A stretch of DNA of 63,301 nucleotides, filler included, from 12 parts of 12 records of this genome joined end to end with filler, not necessarily neighbours in it, one strand, 5' to 3'; numbered from the whole stretch's first letter, positions 12,731 to 25,500 are shown. Translations and numbers: made by a program. Notes: generated by a model from the sequence alone, not told the origin.

Positions 12731-13451
12731 TGCCAGCTGCAGTGGCTGTCAGCCCACCGCCTCGCCCACGCGCAGCCCCAGTGTTATCAAGTAATAAATC
12801 TTTTCATTATTAGTATTTAATTCAAGTATTGGATTTATGCTTGAACATGAGTGCAGCTACAGCCGTACTGCACAAATGCAATACTGTACCTGTAGCTTCG
12901 TACTTTATACATCTGGAAAAGTCCGTTTCTCGTTTCTCGCAGATTACGATGGGGGCGGGCCTCGCGGAAACAATAAACTAATGGCGCGCTATGTCAGCGG
13001 CTCGGCCTGCTCCAGCTTGCCCTGNNNNNNNNNNNNNNNNNNNNNNNNNNNNNNNNNNNNNNNNNNNNTTAATTAATTAANNNNNNNNNNNNNNNNNNNN
13101 NNNNNNNNNNNNNNNNNNNNNNNNGCCGGTGTCAGGCAGGCGCTGTTGAGTACTCGAACACAGCTGCTATTACGAAGAACGACATCGAGAATAGCTTGTC
13201 GGAAGTCTAGAAGTCGCAAGGTACATGAAGCGGCACACATCTAACCTCGGAAGAGTCCGATTGCTCACAGTTTGGAACAATCAAGTGTGATCAGCACACA
13301 ATTGCTGCCTAATTGTTGCCTGCCTGGTGTGTCATACTGAGCCAATTACCAGCTGCCTGGTGTGTTGTGGTACGAGTTCGTAGCAGAGAATCGCGCGAAT
13401 AAAAAAGTAACAGACCGCTGGCCTCGACTGCCGCCATCATCAGGGGAAGAA

Positions 13452-15266
13452 ATGGTCCGACTGGCGGTGTGCTTCCTCTTGCTGGCGGGCGGGCTGGCCT
13501 CGGACGAGCTGCGCGCCAAGCTTCAGGCCACGCTCGACCGGCACTCCGAGTTCTGGAACGGCTCGTTCTCGCTCGGCGTCCACAACGGCTCGTTCGAGCT
13601 GTCGGTGGCGGCGGGGCTCGATCGGCACGCCGACCCGAGCACCAAGCTGAGCCCGGAGACCCGGATACCGATGGGCTCGACCACCAAGCTGTACACGGCG
13701 GTGTCGGTGCTGCAGCTGGCCCAGCAAGGCGTGCTCAGGCTGGACGACAAGGTAGCTCCTCTGGTGGACCGGTACCTGGCCCACCCGATGCCCTGCAGCC
13801 AGACCCCGGCGATCTGCGCGAGCAAGTGCGTCCCACTGGCGCATTGCTACACCGAGCCCAGCCTGATCTGCAAGACGGTCACCCAGGAGCGCAAGGCGGA
13901 GTGCTCTTACTGCCTCCGGTACCTGCACTGCTTCGGCAACCAGAGCAACGTGCCAAGCAAAGTGAGCCTGAGGCAGCTGTGGGACAACCAGAGTCAGATC
14001 GAGCAGGTCACCTTCCGGCAGCTGCTGAGCATGTCAAGTGGAGTCAAGGACTACTATTACGATACTGACAACTGGTTGTACAACTCTGTGATGGGCTCGA
14101 CCCGCGACATAGAGCCACTCGAATTCCTCGCGCACATGGACCACAGCTTCGAGTTCGCCCCGGGCGCCACAACTGTGGTGCCCGCGGGCAAGCCAGGGGC
14201 CGGCCAGACGGTGCTAAGAGGCTCGTACTCTACAAACGGATTCAGTCTGGTTGGGCTCGGCTTATGCGGGCTGCTAAACCTCACAGACTGGGCCGACCTG
14301 TCGCAGCGCCGGCTGGCTTGGGGCCCAGCCTTGCCGGCCGACGACGCCACCCTGTTCCCCACCCGGGGGACTTGTCTGGGGCAGGAGCGGCTCAGCCGGC
14401 AATATACAAGCTTAGGCGGCCAGTTTGAAGAGATATCAAACCACTCCTGCCTCAACTCCTGGACCGGGGGCAACATCGCCGCCCGGCCGCTCGACGTGGC
14501 CAGGTTTCTGTACACGGTCTTCGGGACCGAGACCATTCTGAGTGAGAGTGAGCGAGCTGAAATGTTCAAACTGCATCCGATGACCGACGGGTTCGCAGCG
14601 TACGGAATGGCCTATGGACTCGGGTTGGAGGCCGAATGGAGCGCGGCTGGCGCAAGCCCGACTCATCAGTGCCAGAAATACACGATGCTCGGGCATGGAG
14701 GGCTCGACTACGGCTCGGGGGCGCCTGTGAACGGATACCTTGTCGAGTTCGGTTTGGGATTCTCTCTGGCAATGAACTCGGGGATTTATTACGGCTCGTC
14801 TGTAGCCGGAATGGCCTGTGACAGGAACTTCAACCAGCTCCCGGCTGCGTACAATTTTGCGTTGAATGACGTGCTGAATGTGCTCGCTGAGCATGTTGGT
14901 GTGTCTGCCAGCTGCCCAGTTTCGAGCTACGACGTACCCAACGCTTCATCCTGTGTGGACGCCGCCTCATTCGGCACCATGGACGGGCACGATGAAACCT
15001 GCGCCAGATTTGTAGAGTCTGTCCTGGTGAGCACCCACGGACAGGTCTCGGCCGCCACGCTGTGCGACCACTGGCTCTCGCTTGTCACTCTCTCCGAGCT
15101 TCAGCAGACCTTAGCCCATGAAGCCAAGCCCGTCAGCTACGTGCCACCGGCCGGGGTCGATCCGAATACCACTGTGGCTGTTGAGCTCTGCAGGGGTACT
15201 TGCATGGCTGCTGGCACCGGACCCTGTTGGCAAAGGGCGGCGCATAAGCCGTGGTGTGGCAAGTAG
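13452..15266 (+). CDS. Secreted serine beta-lactamase-like / penicillin-binding-protein-fold hydrolase, intronless
   Basis: Signal peptide MVRLAVCFLLLAGGLA, SxxK (GSTTK), LLSMSSG, YxN-like (YSTNGF) and GHGG, with a Cys-rich insert and tail. Confidence 0.85.
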   Translation: MVRLAVCFLLLAGGLASDELRAKLQATLDRHSEFWNGSFSLGVHNGSFELSVAAGLDRHADPSTKLSPETRIPMGSTTKLYTAVSVLQLAQQGVLRLDDKVAPLVDRYLAHPMPCSQTPAICASKCVPLAHCYTEPSLICKTVTQERKAECSYCLRYLHCFGNQSNVPSKVSLRQLWDNQSQIEQVTFRQLLSMSSGVKDYYYDTDNWLYNSVMGSTRDIEPLEFLAHMDHSFEFAPGATTVVPAGKPGAGQTVLRGSYSTNGFSLVGLGLCGLLNLTDWADLSQRRLAWGPALPADDATLFPTRGTCLGQERLSRQYTSLGGQFEEISNHSCLNSWTGGNIAARPLDVARFLYTVFGTETILSESERAEMFKLHPMTDGFAAYGMAYGLGLEAEWSAAGASPTHQCQKYTMLGHGGLDYGSGAPVNGYLVEFGLGFSLAMNSGIYYGSSVAGMACDRNFNQLPAAYNFALNDVLNVLAEHVGVSASCPVSSYDVPNASSCVDAASFGTMDGHDETCARFVESVLVSTHGQVSAATLCDHWLSLVTLSELQQTLAHEAKPVSYVPPAGVDPNTTVAVELCRGTCMAAGTGPCWQRAAHKPWCGK

Positions 15267-15531
15267 AGCCGCTGCTATTGACAGCACGTTCGTGCATTCC
15301 GATCAATGTTTACAAGTTCATTGCAGATTAAGAGCGTGATTGAGGGCAACGATATAAGGGTGTGAGTGCAATCTCCACGAATACGTACTTGAAACCAACA
15401 ACATTAATATCAATACAAGTACATTAATACCATTTACTCGCAGCCAGCTTCTCGCACGATTGCGAGGGCACTGTCCTATTGCCAATTGTCGCCAATACGA
15501 GTTCGGGTACGGTACGAGTACGAGACTTATG

Positions 15532-16261
15532 TTACACGTGTTGTACGATGTGGAGCAGCAACGAGTATGGACGTGCCACCGAAAGCGAAAGCGAGCACGA
15601 CCAGCAAGCTCTACAAGTAATGAAGAGTTCAGAGTTTAAGCAGTGATCCGGCCAGCCACTCACGTAGCCCCTCGCTCCGCGGGCTCGTCCCCTGCTACGG
15701 CGTAGTCGCCAAAAGCGACGTGCTCCGAAACCATCGCCGGGTCTGCCCCCCGTCTGTCGGCGGCGGCCAGGCGGCGGCGCACCTATCTCGGTGTACCCGG
15801 ACAGCTGGTGGTCTATTCGCATCCTGGCCTGGTACCTACCCAGAGTCCAGCGCCGGCACGGGCGGCACACCAGGTATTCATGTCCGCCATTTCCTCCTGC
15901 GTGGCCTCCCGCACCTGCCCGGACCGCTCGCCAGCGCTCAGCCGAGCAACCGGCCTTGGGTCCGAGCATCAGGCGGTCGACGCGGACCGCATCACCGGTA
16001 GGCACGAAGACGGCCAGCGGAGCTTTGCTCCCAGGGCCGAGGTACAGCCGGCAGGCGGCCGGGACGCCCGGATGGCCGAAGATCTCGCGGATGAGCTTTC
16101 GGGCCATGCGCGACTGCGACATGCCCTCCGCTCGATCGAGGCGGTGCTTAAGGCACGAGACTCAGCTTGACACCAGCCTCACGCAGTGGGCTCCCTCGTG
16201 CCTCGTGCTTTGGGTCCGCTTCCGTTAGATCGTCAGCCGCGGACAACTGGTGAGTGGCCAT
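15532..16261 (-). CDS. Hypothetical protein; exon structure unresolved
   Basis: GC-rich open frame (HRLDRAEGMSQSRMARKLIREIFGHPG...) bounded by an AT-rich spacer; no recognised motif. Confidence 0.35.
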
Positions 16262-16411
16262 GGTGCAGGTCGTGCAGGTGTCGACATGATTGTGTCGAGG
16301 TGTCTACTAAANNNNNNNNNNNNNNNNNNNNNNNNNNNNNNNNNNNNNNNNNNNNTTAATTAATTAANNNNNNNNNNNNNNNNNNNNNNNNNNNNNNNNN
16401 NNNNNNNNNNN

Positions 16412-17383
16412 TGGCGTAGACAAGAACCAAAAGCAGGATGCAAGCCTATATTTGGTGCTCTTCTTCATTGCCTTCTTCATTGTCGGAAACTTTTTCCTTC
16501 TGAACTTGTTTATCGGTGTTGTTGTCGACAACTACCAGCGAATGATGGTGGCACACTGCATAGTGATCCTGTCTATCATCTCCATTGGCTTAGATTATGC
16601 TCTAGAGGACACATCTGTCAATCCTACTGTGCTTCGCGTGATACGTGTACTTCGAATTGCCAGAATGCTTCGTTTGTTTAGAGCTGCTAAGGGAATGCGA
16701 GCTCTCATTGCAACTGTCATGAAGTCATTGCCCCAGGTGATTCCTGGCTTTCCTGGCCAAAGTCTGATCAGGTCTGATGCAGGTGTCTAACATGTCTGCT
16801 CTTCTGTTTCTCATCTTTTTCATATTTGCGTGTGCTGCGGTGGAAATATTTGGCAGGATGGGCTGTTCCGCACAATATCCCTGCTCAGGGATAGATGACG
16901 TACACTCCAATTTTAGGAACTTCCCGATGGCCTTGCTAGCGTTGTTTCGAATTATGACCGGGGACAACGGGAGTGGAGTTCTAGATGACGCGCTGCGAGA
17001 ACCTCCTTATTGCGACGGTATGCGATGCTGTGACAGCTTTTGAGATGTGCTGGCTATTTGCAGATAGCGACTCGTGCGAGTCAAACTGTTGCGCAAATGT
17101 GATCATTGCACCAATTTTCTTTTTCCTCTTTTCAACTCTCACCGAGTTTGTGCTTCTCAATGTTGTCGTGGCTGTGCTCATGACAGCGTTAGATGAAGCC
17201 GAAGCGGAAGACAATGTTGCCGCAAGCATCGAAGCTGGTAGTGACACGCCTGGTGAAGACACTCCCGTAGCCACCGTCATCGATGTCAAGTCGGACAACG
17301 ATCTAGATCGAGAAGGCGTGCGAAATCAGGCTGATGCGAAAGTAGACGCTAGTAGAGATGACTGTAAAGACGCAAAATCTTAG
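16412..17383 (+). CDS. Four-domain voltage-gated Ca2+/Na+ channel alpha subunit, T-type (Cav3)-like C-terminal part; 5' partial
   Basis: IIIS6 FFLLNLFIGVVVDNY, IVS4 VLRVIRVLRIARMLRL, ALIATVMKSLPQV, pore FRIMTGDN and S6 FVLLNVVVAVLM. Introns 16737-16782 and 17018-17063. Confidence 0.85.
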
Positions 17384-17448
17384 CAATAACTACAACATAG
17401 ATCAAATATATGTAATAGAAATGATAAAATTGTAATAGAAATCTCAAA

Positions 17449-18804
17449 TTAGGAAAGTAAACACGCATTGCAACATGCTTTTCGACCTTGCTCTGAATCA
17501 CGCATGTCTAAACGAAGGGTTCGATCTGAGAAGAAATCCGTACACTTATCCAACTTCAGTCTGAATTGCGTGGGCCCCTCCCGGCGTTTCATCTCTCGAA
17601 ACAAATTCAGCAGTCCATCTTCATCTAGTTGTGCTCTGGCCGCTCCATGCGGTACTAAGGCCGGTTCTACTGTCCCTAAGGCACCCACAATGCTCCTGAG
17701 AATAGCACCCAAGGCTTCACGGCACGCAGAAGCCACCACACACCGGGTGTTACTAGACGCGGTCCTAGCCTTGATCGCTGCGAGAATTAGGCTCACCTCA
17801 CGCAATTCATCAGCTGTCAGCCGAACCTGCCGCCACTTGTATTCTGCGCTCCGGCTGCCGAGGTAACCTGCCGCTGGTTGCTCTTCAGCATCCAGTCGAG
17901 ATCCGACTTACCGCAGTGCACTTTCACCAGCCTGCCGCCCATCAGGCCAGAATCGACCGGTCAGCGTGCCTGAACAGCTCTAGGAAGTGAGCCCTTGAGC
18001 AACACCCCGATGTCTCAAGCGCCTGCAGAGCCTGTGGATGCGCTCTCAATTTAGCCTCAACCGAGGGATCTGTTAGCAACTGCAGCCGCTGCTCCGGCAG
18101 CTCGCGCCCGGCCAGCTGCAGCTCCCTGAACAAGTCGGTCACTTGCTGGTACTCGATCAGCGTCAGTCCGAGCCGCTCTCGGCATCGGTTGAGCCAGCGC
18201 AGCACTGCGTCCCGCCCGCTCGCCTGGTCATACTGCACTGCTTGCCCACACAGATCGAGCATATAACCACACCACTCGGCCTTGCTCGTACCCTGCCCCT
18301 CTGTCGCCTCCGGCACCCCCCCGATCAGCTCGGCCATAGTCTGCCGACCCGGCTGGCCGTCTCGGCCACTGCAGTGCAGCCCGGGCGTGCTGACTGCCTC
18401 GAGCTGGGCCAGCGCCGACCGCTTAAACACCCGCCCGTCCGAGTCCCCGTCCAGCCCCTGGAACACCGCCCCCGCCAGCTCCAACACCTCCTCGTCCCGC
18501 ACCGCCGGCTCCGGCTCCGGCTCCAGTTCCAGCACCTGGTCGGGCGTCCGCTCGAGCTCCTCTGGGCTCAGCAGCCCGTCCCCGTCCCGGTCCAGCCTGT
18601 GGGGCGGCTCGCCGGGCAGCCGGCGGGCAGGCACCGACGGAACTGGCCGGCAGTGTGCCCGGCCCCGAGCCATTCAGTGAGGGTGATCCCCGCGGCCCGG
18701 GAGGCCGGGCGGGCGCGCATGCGCTGCTGGCCTGAGCGGGGCTCAGTCCGCGCAGGCTGAGGTTCACCTCGGGGCGAGCAGCGGCGCATCGGAGCCGACG
18801 CCAT
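17449..18804 (-). CDS. EF-hand calcium-binding protein, multi-exon
   Basis: EF loops DRDGDGLLSPEE and DGDSDGRV; boundaries approximate. Confidence 0.55.
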
Positions 18805-19031
18805 CAGCGCTCAGCCCACACCGCCTGACGGCTGCGCAGCAGGCGTGTCGCCGAATAACGGCACGCGGCCACGGCAGTGAAGCCCTGGCGTGCATGGACC
18901 GATGGACCGACAGGCGCCTTTCACCGTTCTTATGCGGGGTTTACATTTTGAAATCATAGGGGGGGTGTTCTACATATACCGGTAGCTATACAAGTATATA
19001 GTAGTACGTTCCTTGCACGGCCCAAAGCGGC

Positions 19032-20660
19032 TCACGTGCACGCGTTCATATCTTGCAATCGCTTGAAAGAGTTGACCTGCATCTCGTGCCCCGTCCTGTG
19101 CCCGGTCACGATATTTATATCCCGATGAAGCTTGGCGTGAATGTGTCCGTGCAGCTGCACCAGCCGCTCACGCTCGGCCTCGTCCTGCACCTTGAGTTCC
19201 TGGTTCTTACTTGACGCATCATAAGGGAAACGATGGGTCAGTGGGCTGTACTGACTGTCGAATCGTTTGCTTGACAAACGTTTGGACGGCCTATCCGTCT
19301 GTGGCTGCCGGGATCGCACCTCAGCCTGTAACCGCACGGCCTCAGCCACGGAGCAGGCAAAATTTGACCTGAAATCGAGGGGTTTCCTCTAGCCGCTTGG
19401 TGCGTGTGGCAAGGATATGATCTTGCTCCTTCTGGTAAGCCTGGTCACACTCCGGATTCCAGGGATGACGATGCGCCAGCAGATCATACGTCGGCTCCCG
19501 AATAGCCTCCCTCCCCGCATGCCGGAGTGAGTTGGGAGCGTCGGACGGCCATCCCAGCACATGTGCCTTGTGAGTCGTGTAGTACTGCCCTGCGTACACG
19601 TTCTTGTCTGTTACCGCCACCTCCGGGATGTGCAGCCACGACGGCGCGTCCGCCGACACCTGTCCTCGCGCTTGCCCGGAGGATGGTCCTCTATCTCACA
19701 GCAGTGTCCTCTATCTTGCCTCCGCCCTTGCCATAGTCCACTCTAAATCTGCCGCGGCCAGACTGCGAGATCCCTTCCGGCGGATGGGGCAGGTTCTTAG
19801 TGTACAATGGATTCCGGTCGGCGCACATGTCTTGCACAAACCTTCAAGTAGACCATGAGTCGGGCACCCAGCACAGCATGAGAGTCACCGCTGCCGGGAG
19901 TAGTCGGCGTCTTCTAACGGCTCCGGTGGGTCCTCATAGCTGCAGCCAGCTGGTGGCCGCCACTAAGCGCCCGGCGCACCGCGTGTATGCCACGTTTTGC
20001 ACAGAGCCGCCCCATCGGTGCTTGTTGGTCACTGGGCAGTGCGGGCTTTGCATCCACTGTGGGGCGGTTGAGCTCACCTGCCTGGGCTCCTCCCGGGCGG
20101 CCTGGCCCGCGCACCAGCGTGTCCGCCATCTGGACCGGGGCGTCCGCCGCATGCGCTCCCTCCACACCGTCATACTCCACTCGGGTCTTTTGCACTGACG
20201 GGAGTGACGTGAGTCTAGGCTGGTCGTCCAACCAGGCCGGTAGCTGGTAAGACTTGCGGAGCAGGTTGCGCGGCCGGGCCGGCGGAGGTTGCGCCTTCCC
20301 AATCTGATCGATCCCAGGCACTGCGGGCCCGGCCGGGGCGGCGGAGGTTTCGTGCTCGACGTGCTCGGTGGCCGGCGGCTGGATCCCACGCAGATTGCGC
20401 CTGCGGAAGCTGTGTGAGGCGCGGGCCGACTGGACACAGGCGTCGACGCTCGCCCGGCGGCAGTGCGGGCCGGTCCGCTGGCGGGGGGCGTCCTTGTCCG
20501 GATCGTCCGGCCACGAGTACGGGCTGCGCGGCCGAGTGGGCTGGGCGGGCCGAATCTGGTGCCCGTCGAGCGGGTAGTGGCCCGGCCGGCGGTGGACAGC
20601 CTCGATTCCGCAGTCTTTCCGCCTGAAATCGTCGAACACCCGCGTGTCCTCCAGCTGCAT
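19032..20660 (-). CDS. Hypothetical protein, multi-exon
   Basis: Chain of minus-strand ORFs (19914-20660, 19342-19659, 19032-19349), apparently separated by short introns; head-to-head with the HEAT gene. Confidence 0.45.
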
Positions 20661-20740
20661 CGCGTGCGGCGCCCTCCTGCCGGGGAGTCGCAATTTCGCC
20701 GGAAAATGACTAAAAATAGCCTGTTTCGGTGGAGATAGCG

Positions 20741-21835
20741 ATGCTCGGGTTCCACACGCTGCTGCTCCGGCCGGGGCACTCCCGGTGCAGCGCGCGGGGC
20801 CAGTCGCCGAGCTGCCCGGGCCAGTGCGCCTGGTCCGGCTGCCTGGCCCGCCAACGCCCGGCCACCCCGTCCTGGGCCGAGATCCGGTCGGCGCCCAAGC
20901 TCCGGCGATCCAGCCTGGCGCTGGTGCTCGGCCAGCTCAGCGGGGCCGACCAGTTCATGCCGGAGCTTCTGGCCAAGCTATCCGACTCCAGCGGGCAGAT
21001 CCGGCAGGCCGCGCTCGAGTTGCTCGCCCGGCTGCCCGCCGAGGGGCTGGCGGGGTGCGAGCTGTTCGAGCCCCTCGTGCGCTGCCTGGCCGACCCGGAT
21101 CGTTTCGTCCGGCGGGCCGGGCTGCAGCTGTGCGGGCGGCTCCCGGACTGGGCCCGGGCCCGGCTCGGGCCTCAGATCGCCGGGCGGCTGGCAGACGAGG
21201 ACCCGATGGCACGGCAGCAGGCCGGTCGGCTTCTGGTCCGGCTTCCCGGGCTGTCGGGGCTGGGCCAGGAGCTGGGGGGTCTGGTCAGGCACCCGGACTG
21301 GAGCACGCGACGGGCGGCGCTGGCCGGGCTGGGGCTGCTGCCTACGGAGGAGTTGCTGGACTGGATCCCTGTAGTCGAGGGAGCCTTGAGTGACTCTGAG
21401 GCCATAGTGCGCCGGGCGGCCGTGGAAGCGCTCGGGATGCTGCCGGGGCCGGAGCTCGGGCGAGTGGCCGGCCGGCTGGCGGGGATGCTAGGGGAGAGTG
21501 AGCCGTATGTGCTCGAGGCGGTTGTTCGGGTGCTTGGTGAGCTATCGGAGGAGCAGCTGCAGCAGGCGGTGCCGGGGCTAGAGAAGTTGCCGGAAGTGCA
21601 CGCTGGGGTGGCGGACAGCGCGAGTGAGTCGTCTGAGGAGCCGGACGGTCTTCAGCTGGAGAGTTATAAGAGCATTGAGCAGCTAGTGCTCGTGTATAGG
21701 GTGGCCATCAAGTGGCTAAGTGCAGTCCGGATGCCTAGCGTGCAGTTGTCGAGCTCGCACGGGTATACTGCGGTCGAGCTTGGCTTCAGCGATGCTAGTA
21801 GCGATGAGGCGGGTGTTGGCCTTCCTAATAAATGA
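20741..21835 (+). CDS. HEAT-repeat (PBS-lyase-like) protein
   Basis: Repeats of L..l.D.d..VRraA.eaLg.l (LSDSSGQIRQAALELL, LADPDRFVRRAGLQL, LSDSEAIVRRAAVEALG). Confidence 0.75.
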   Translation: MLGFHTLLLRPGHSRCSARGQSPSCPGQCAWSGCLARQRPATPSWAEIRSAPKLRRSSLALVLGQLSGADQFMPELLAKLSDSSGQIRQAALELLARLPAEGLAGCELFEPLVRCLADPDRFVRRAGLQLCGRLPDWARARLGPQIAGRLADEDPMARQQAGRLLVRLPGLSGLGQELGGLVRHPDWSTRRAALAGLGLLPTEELLDWIPVVEGALSDSEAIVRRAAVEALGMLPGPELGRVAGRLAGMLGESEPYVLEAVVRVLGELSEEQLQQAVPGLEKLPEVHAGVADSASESSEEPDGLQLESYKSIEQLVLVYRVAIKWLSAVRMPSVQLSSSHGYTAVELGFSDASSDEAGVGLPNK

Positions 21836-22514
21836 CTTCCAACAACTCTAATGTGGAATCGCCACCATGCTCGCCATGCTCGCGTGATCGTCACGTCATC
21901 ACGGGAATCAACGGAAGACTGAGGAGCCCATATGGTTGTTTTGAACTGCCAGCATCGACAGAGCCACGCCCCGCGTATTCTTCAGGTCCGGAGTCCGGCC
22001 CCGATCCGACTAGCACCGCCACTTTCTCGGCGTGTACTCGTACATACTCAGCGCGGTCGGCGCCGCGGCGAAGATAAGTACGAACACACGGATCCTGCAG
22101 CTCCGCTACCGTCGGATTGAAACAAACTGTAGGTATCAAAAGGCGCTGTACATCAAAGTGGTAGATCCAGTCTACCATAAGTCTACGCACTAATTAACGA
22201 TCGACCGAGTGTCTGGCCGATTCGGCAGCGCCTAAGTTAACGCCACGCTTACCGTGGCAGCCCATCCGTCGAGGTCACGAGCCCCGGTTGAGCATCGCCA
22301 TCGCGCAGCTCCAGAGCGCGCCAGCCACGGACTGCACCAGGCTCACACCGCCGCACAGCACGCCATGCAGCAGCCCCCAACTGCTTTTCTCACTACTCAG
22401 TACCAAGTACCCCANNNNNNNNNNNNNNNNNNNNNNNNNNNNNNNNNNNNNNNNNNNNTTAATTAATTAANNNNNNNNNNNNNNNNNNNNNNNNNNNNNN
22501 NNNNNNNNNNNNNN

Positions 22515-25500
22515 TGCCCGTACTACAAGGCTGAGAGCAGCAACGTCAAGCCGCGTGGCGAGTGCGTGTCAAAGCAGAAGTTCTGGGGGGAGAGGTCGAT
22601 CGTCAAGAAGGCCACTTGCCCTGGCACATATGGCCGACTGCCCTTGTCTAGTCAAGGTGGCGGTGGCGGTGGCGGTGGCAATGGAAGGACCGACACCAAC
22701 TCGAATTGCGGCCAATGGGCCAGCCAGTTCGGATGCAATGCCGGATTCGCCAGTAGGGATGGCGGAGGCACCGTAGCCGACCGCTGCCCTGTCACCTGCG
22801 CGGGCCGAACCCTGCTCTCGCAAGTACAAATCGAAGAGCATGCTACTGATGGACCTTACCCCGAATTCGTCCAGGAAGGCGTGGGCGCCGCCGATGACGA
22901 TGGTCGGTGGCCGAGCATGGCGCCGCAGTGCGAGGCAGCCGGGCATGTCTGGACGCCCGTCTGGTGGGACTCCGAACACCCCAAGACCAGCAAGTTCCAA
23001 ACGGCCTGGAAGACCCGCACACAGGCCACTGTCGGCGGATTTCGGAACGAAATCGTCGGCATGACCCCGATGAGCAAAACAGCCAACCGCGGCGGCGTTG
23101 TGCTCTCTGCTGGGGTGACTGAAGGCGCTGTCTCTTCCTGTGGGCGGGCGTTTGAAACCGGCGATGCGTGTGGGTGCCCTCCGGGGTTCAAGTTCAAGAC
23201 TGCAGCCGGCCAGTGCGTGCAGGATGCCGCCGGCACATCAGATTGCGGTAGCACGGCCTGTCGGGCTGTTGATTGACTGGTGGATGGCAGTTGGCTCGAT
23301 GCAGAGCTGGCAGAGTGTGAGAAAGACCTACGGCTTGGCGACAGCCAAAGTCACAATGGGCGGCGACTATGTGATCGGCAACGGCAACGATGTAGTGCCA
23401 AGTTCCTCAAGGTCGGTGCAGCAAAGTGCTCTCGATCCAAACGCAAAGTGTCCTCGGGGCTACACCGTTATCGAGGACGAGGTAGAATGCAGGGCTGCGG
23501 GCGCCTGGCTAGGATATAGCTCATCCGACAGGACTACATGGCCCGACATGCCTCCCGGCTGTGTCCTCAGGAAATGGGGCGTTGAAAACTGGGACCGAAA
23601 TGGACCCAAAGGCGGGCCCGACGTTGCTGTTTTCCAGGCTGATCCATCGGAAAAAACAGTATGGCCCTTCCGGTACATATGCAAGCGTGCTACAACCAGA
23701 ATGGTCGAAGAACCTCTCCAGCTACTGAGCCATTCGCCTCCAGCAGGGGAGCAGCCTATCAAGATGGACGACATGCCGGCCGTCGATGCGTCTGCTATTT
23801 CGAGCAGCCGACATTTGCTCCAGCGTCAAGACCGATATGCAGAGTGCAGGGATTGGGCCACTAACCCCCGGTACGGGTGTGACGCCAAATTCAGGGACGG
23901 ATCCACAGTAGCCAAGCATTGTCCTGCCAGCTGCAACGCCGCCCCTCCCTCGCCACCAGCAGCAAACGAGCGTAGAGAATGCGGAGGGTGGGTCAGAGAC
24001 TACGGGTGCAACGCCGGTTTCAGCGACGGAACCAAAGTGCACCAGTATTGCGCTGTCAGCTGCGCAAACAACGGAGGAGGAGGCAGCGGAGGAGGAGGAG
24101 GTCCGCCTCCACCAGCCCCAACAGCCCGTCCAACACAGCCGCCACCAACGCCACCGCCCTCACCAGTGCCGACATATGATCCCAACTCGAAAAGGAGACC
24201 CAATCCTCCAGCGGGCTGGGGTCCAGCGGGCTGCTTCGACTGCAGTGCCCAACGGCCTGGCCGGAGCGGGTGCTCGCCTGATGAGTGCAACGTAGAAGGG
24301 TCGAACTCGAGAAGATCAGTGAGAGACCCGGCCACGGGCCAATACAAGGGCTACAACGAGTGCTGCAAGGTGTCGTGTGGAACATGCCCGGCTCCAACGC
24401 CAGCACCTCCGTTGTATCAATCCTGCAATGATTACTGTAAGAAACAGAGCGACGGCTTGACCACCCTCAAGTGCACAGCTGCGTGGGAAGAGGCCCCCGG
24501 TGGCAAGTCGACCATCGAGCAACCTCAAGTCCCATGTGACCACAAGTTCGCAGCTGGCGGAGCAGCATGCAAGTGCCAGGTTGAAGGCGGTGCGACCAAC
24601 AAGAACTTCAGAAGGGTGTCCGGGTTCCTCCGGCCCAAGAAAGGAGGGGCCTGGACGTTTATGGTCTCAAACGAGGCTGGCGCTAAGCTGTACCTTGACG
24701 GCAAAGTGATTGCCACAGGCACAGGGCGCGGTGAGCAAAAGTGGGTGTCTGCTAAGCCTCAAAATCTGGCAGCAAATAGGCAAGTTTCCCTGGTGGCTAC
24801 TTCTAGGTCAGGAGAAGAGCTCGCAAGTGTAGCTATTGCAGTCAAGATGCCAGATGGCACTCTTGAAGCCCCAATGAGCACACGAGGAGCCTCCGATGCG
24901 TCATATCAACTTTGCAGCACAAAGAGTTGCGACGAAGATGTTCAAAATATCAACCCACAGACTCAAGCCACCGCCAACTGCAAGTGCAAGAAATGGTCCG
25001 ATGCTGTCAATGTGGATGCATCATCTCCGTTAGGGGCTGCAGGCGCGGCTTGCGCGCAGCCCGACTTTACTAGATTCACTGCGCCATGGTGCTTTTGTGA
25101 GCAACCTCAACAGGCAGTCGGCACGGCTGGTAAGGCGTGGACTGGCGGCACCGAGCTGACCAAACTGCTGCCCAACGCCGGTTGGACGAACAAGATCCAG
25201 CTCAAAACGCCCCCAGGCCCCTCGTGGTGCGCAAACGCTTGCTCTGAGACCAGCAAGTGTGCCGGTTGGGAATACAGCGTGAGTGGACAGGCTCAATGTA
25301 CACTGTATTCAAAGGTGGGCACGCTTGGGGATAGCACCCAGCCCTCAATTCAATCTGGGCGCTCTACGGACAAGGGAGTTCCAGTCTGGTCGTACTGCGA
25401 TGCATCGCTTGCCCCCAAGCGCGGATCACTTTTGGAGACGGAGGACGAGGACAGCTGGGTGGAGTCAGAGGTGGAAACAGAGGCCGCTGTTGCGGGACAG

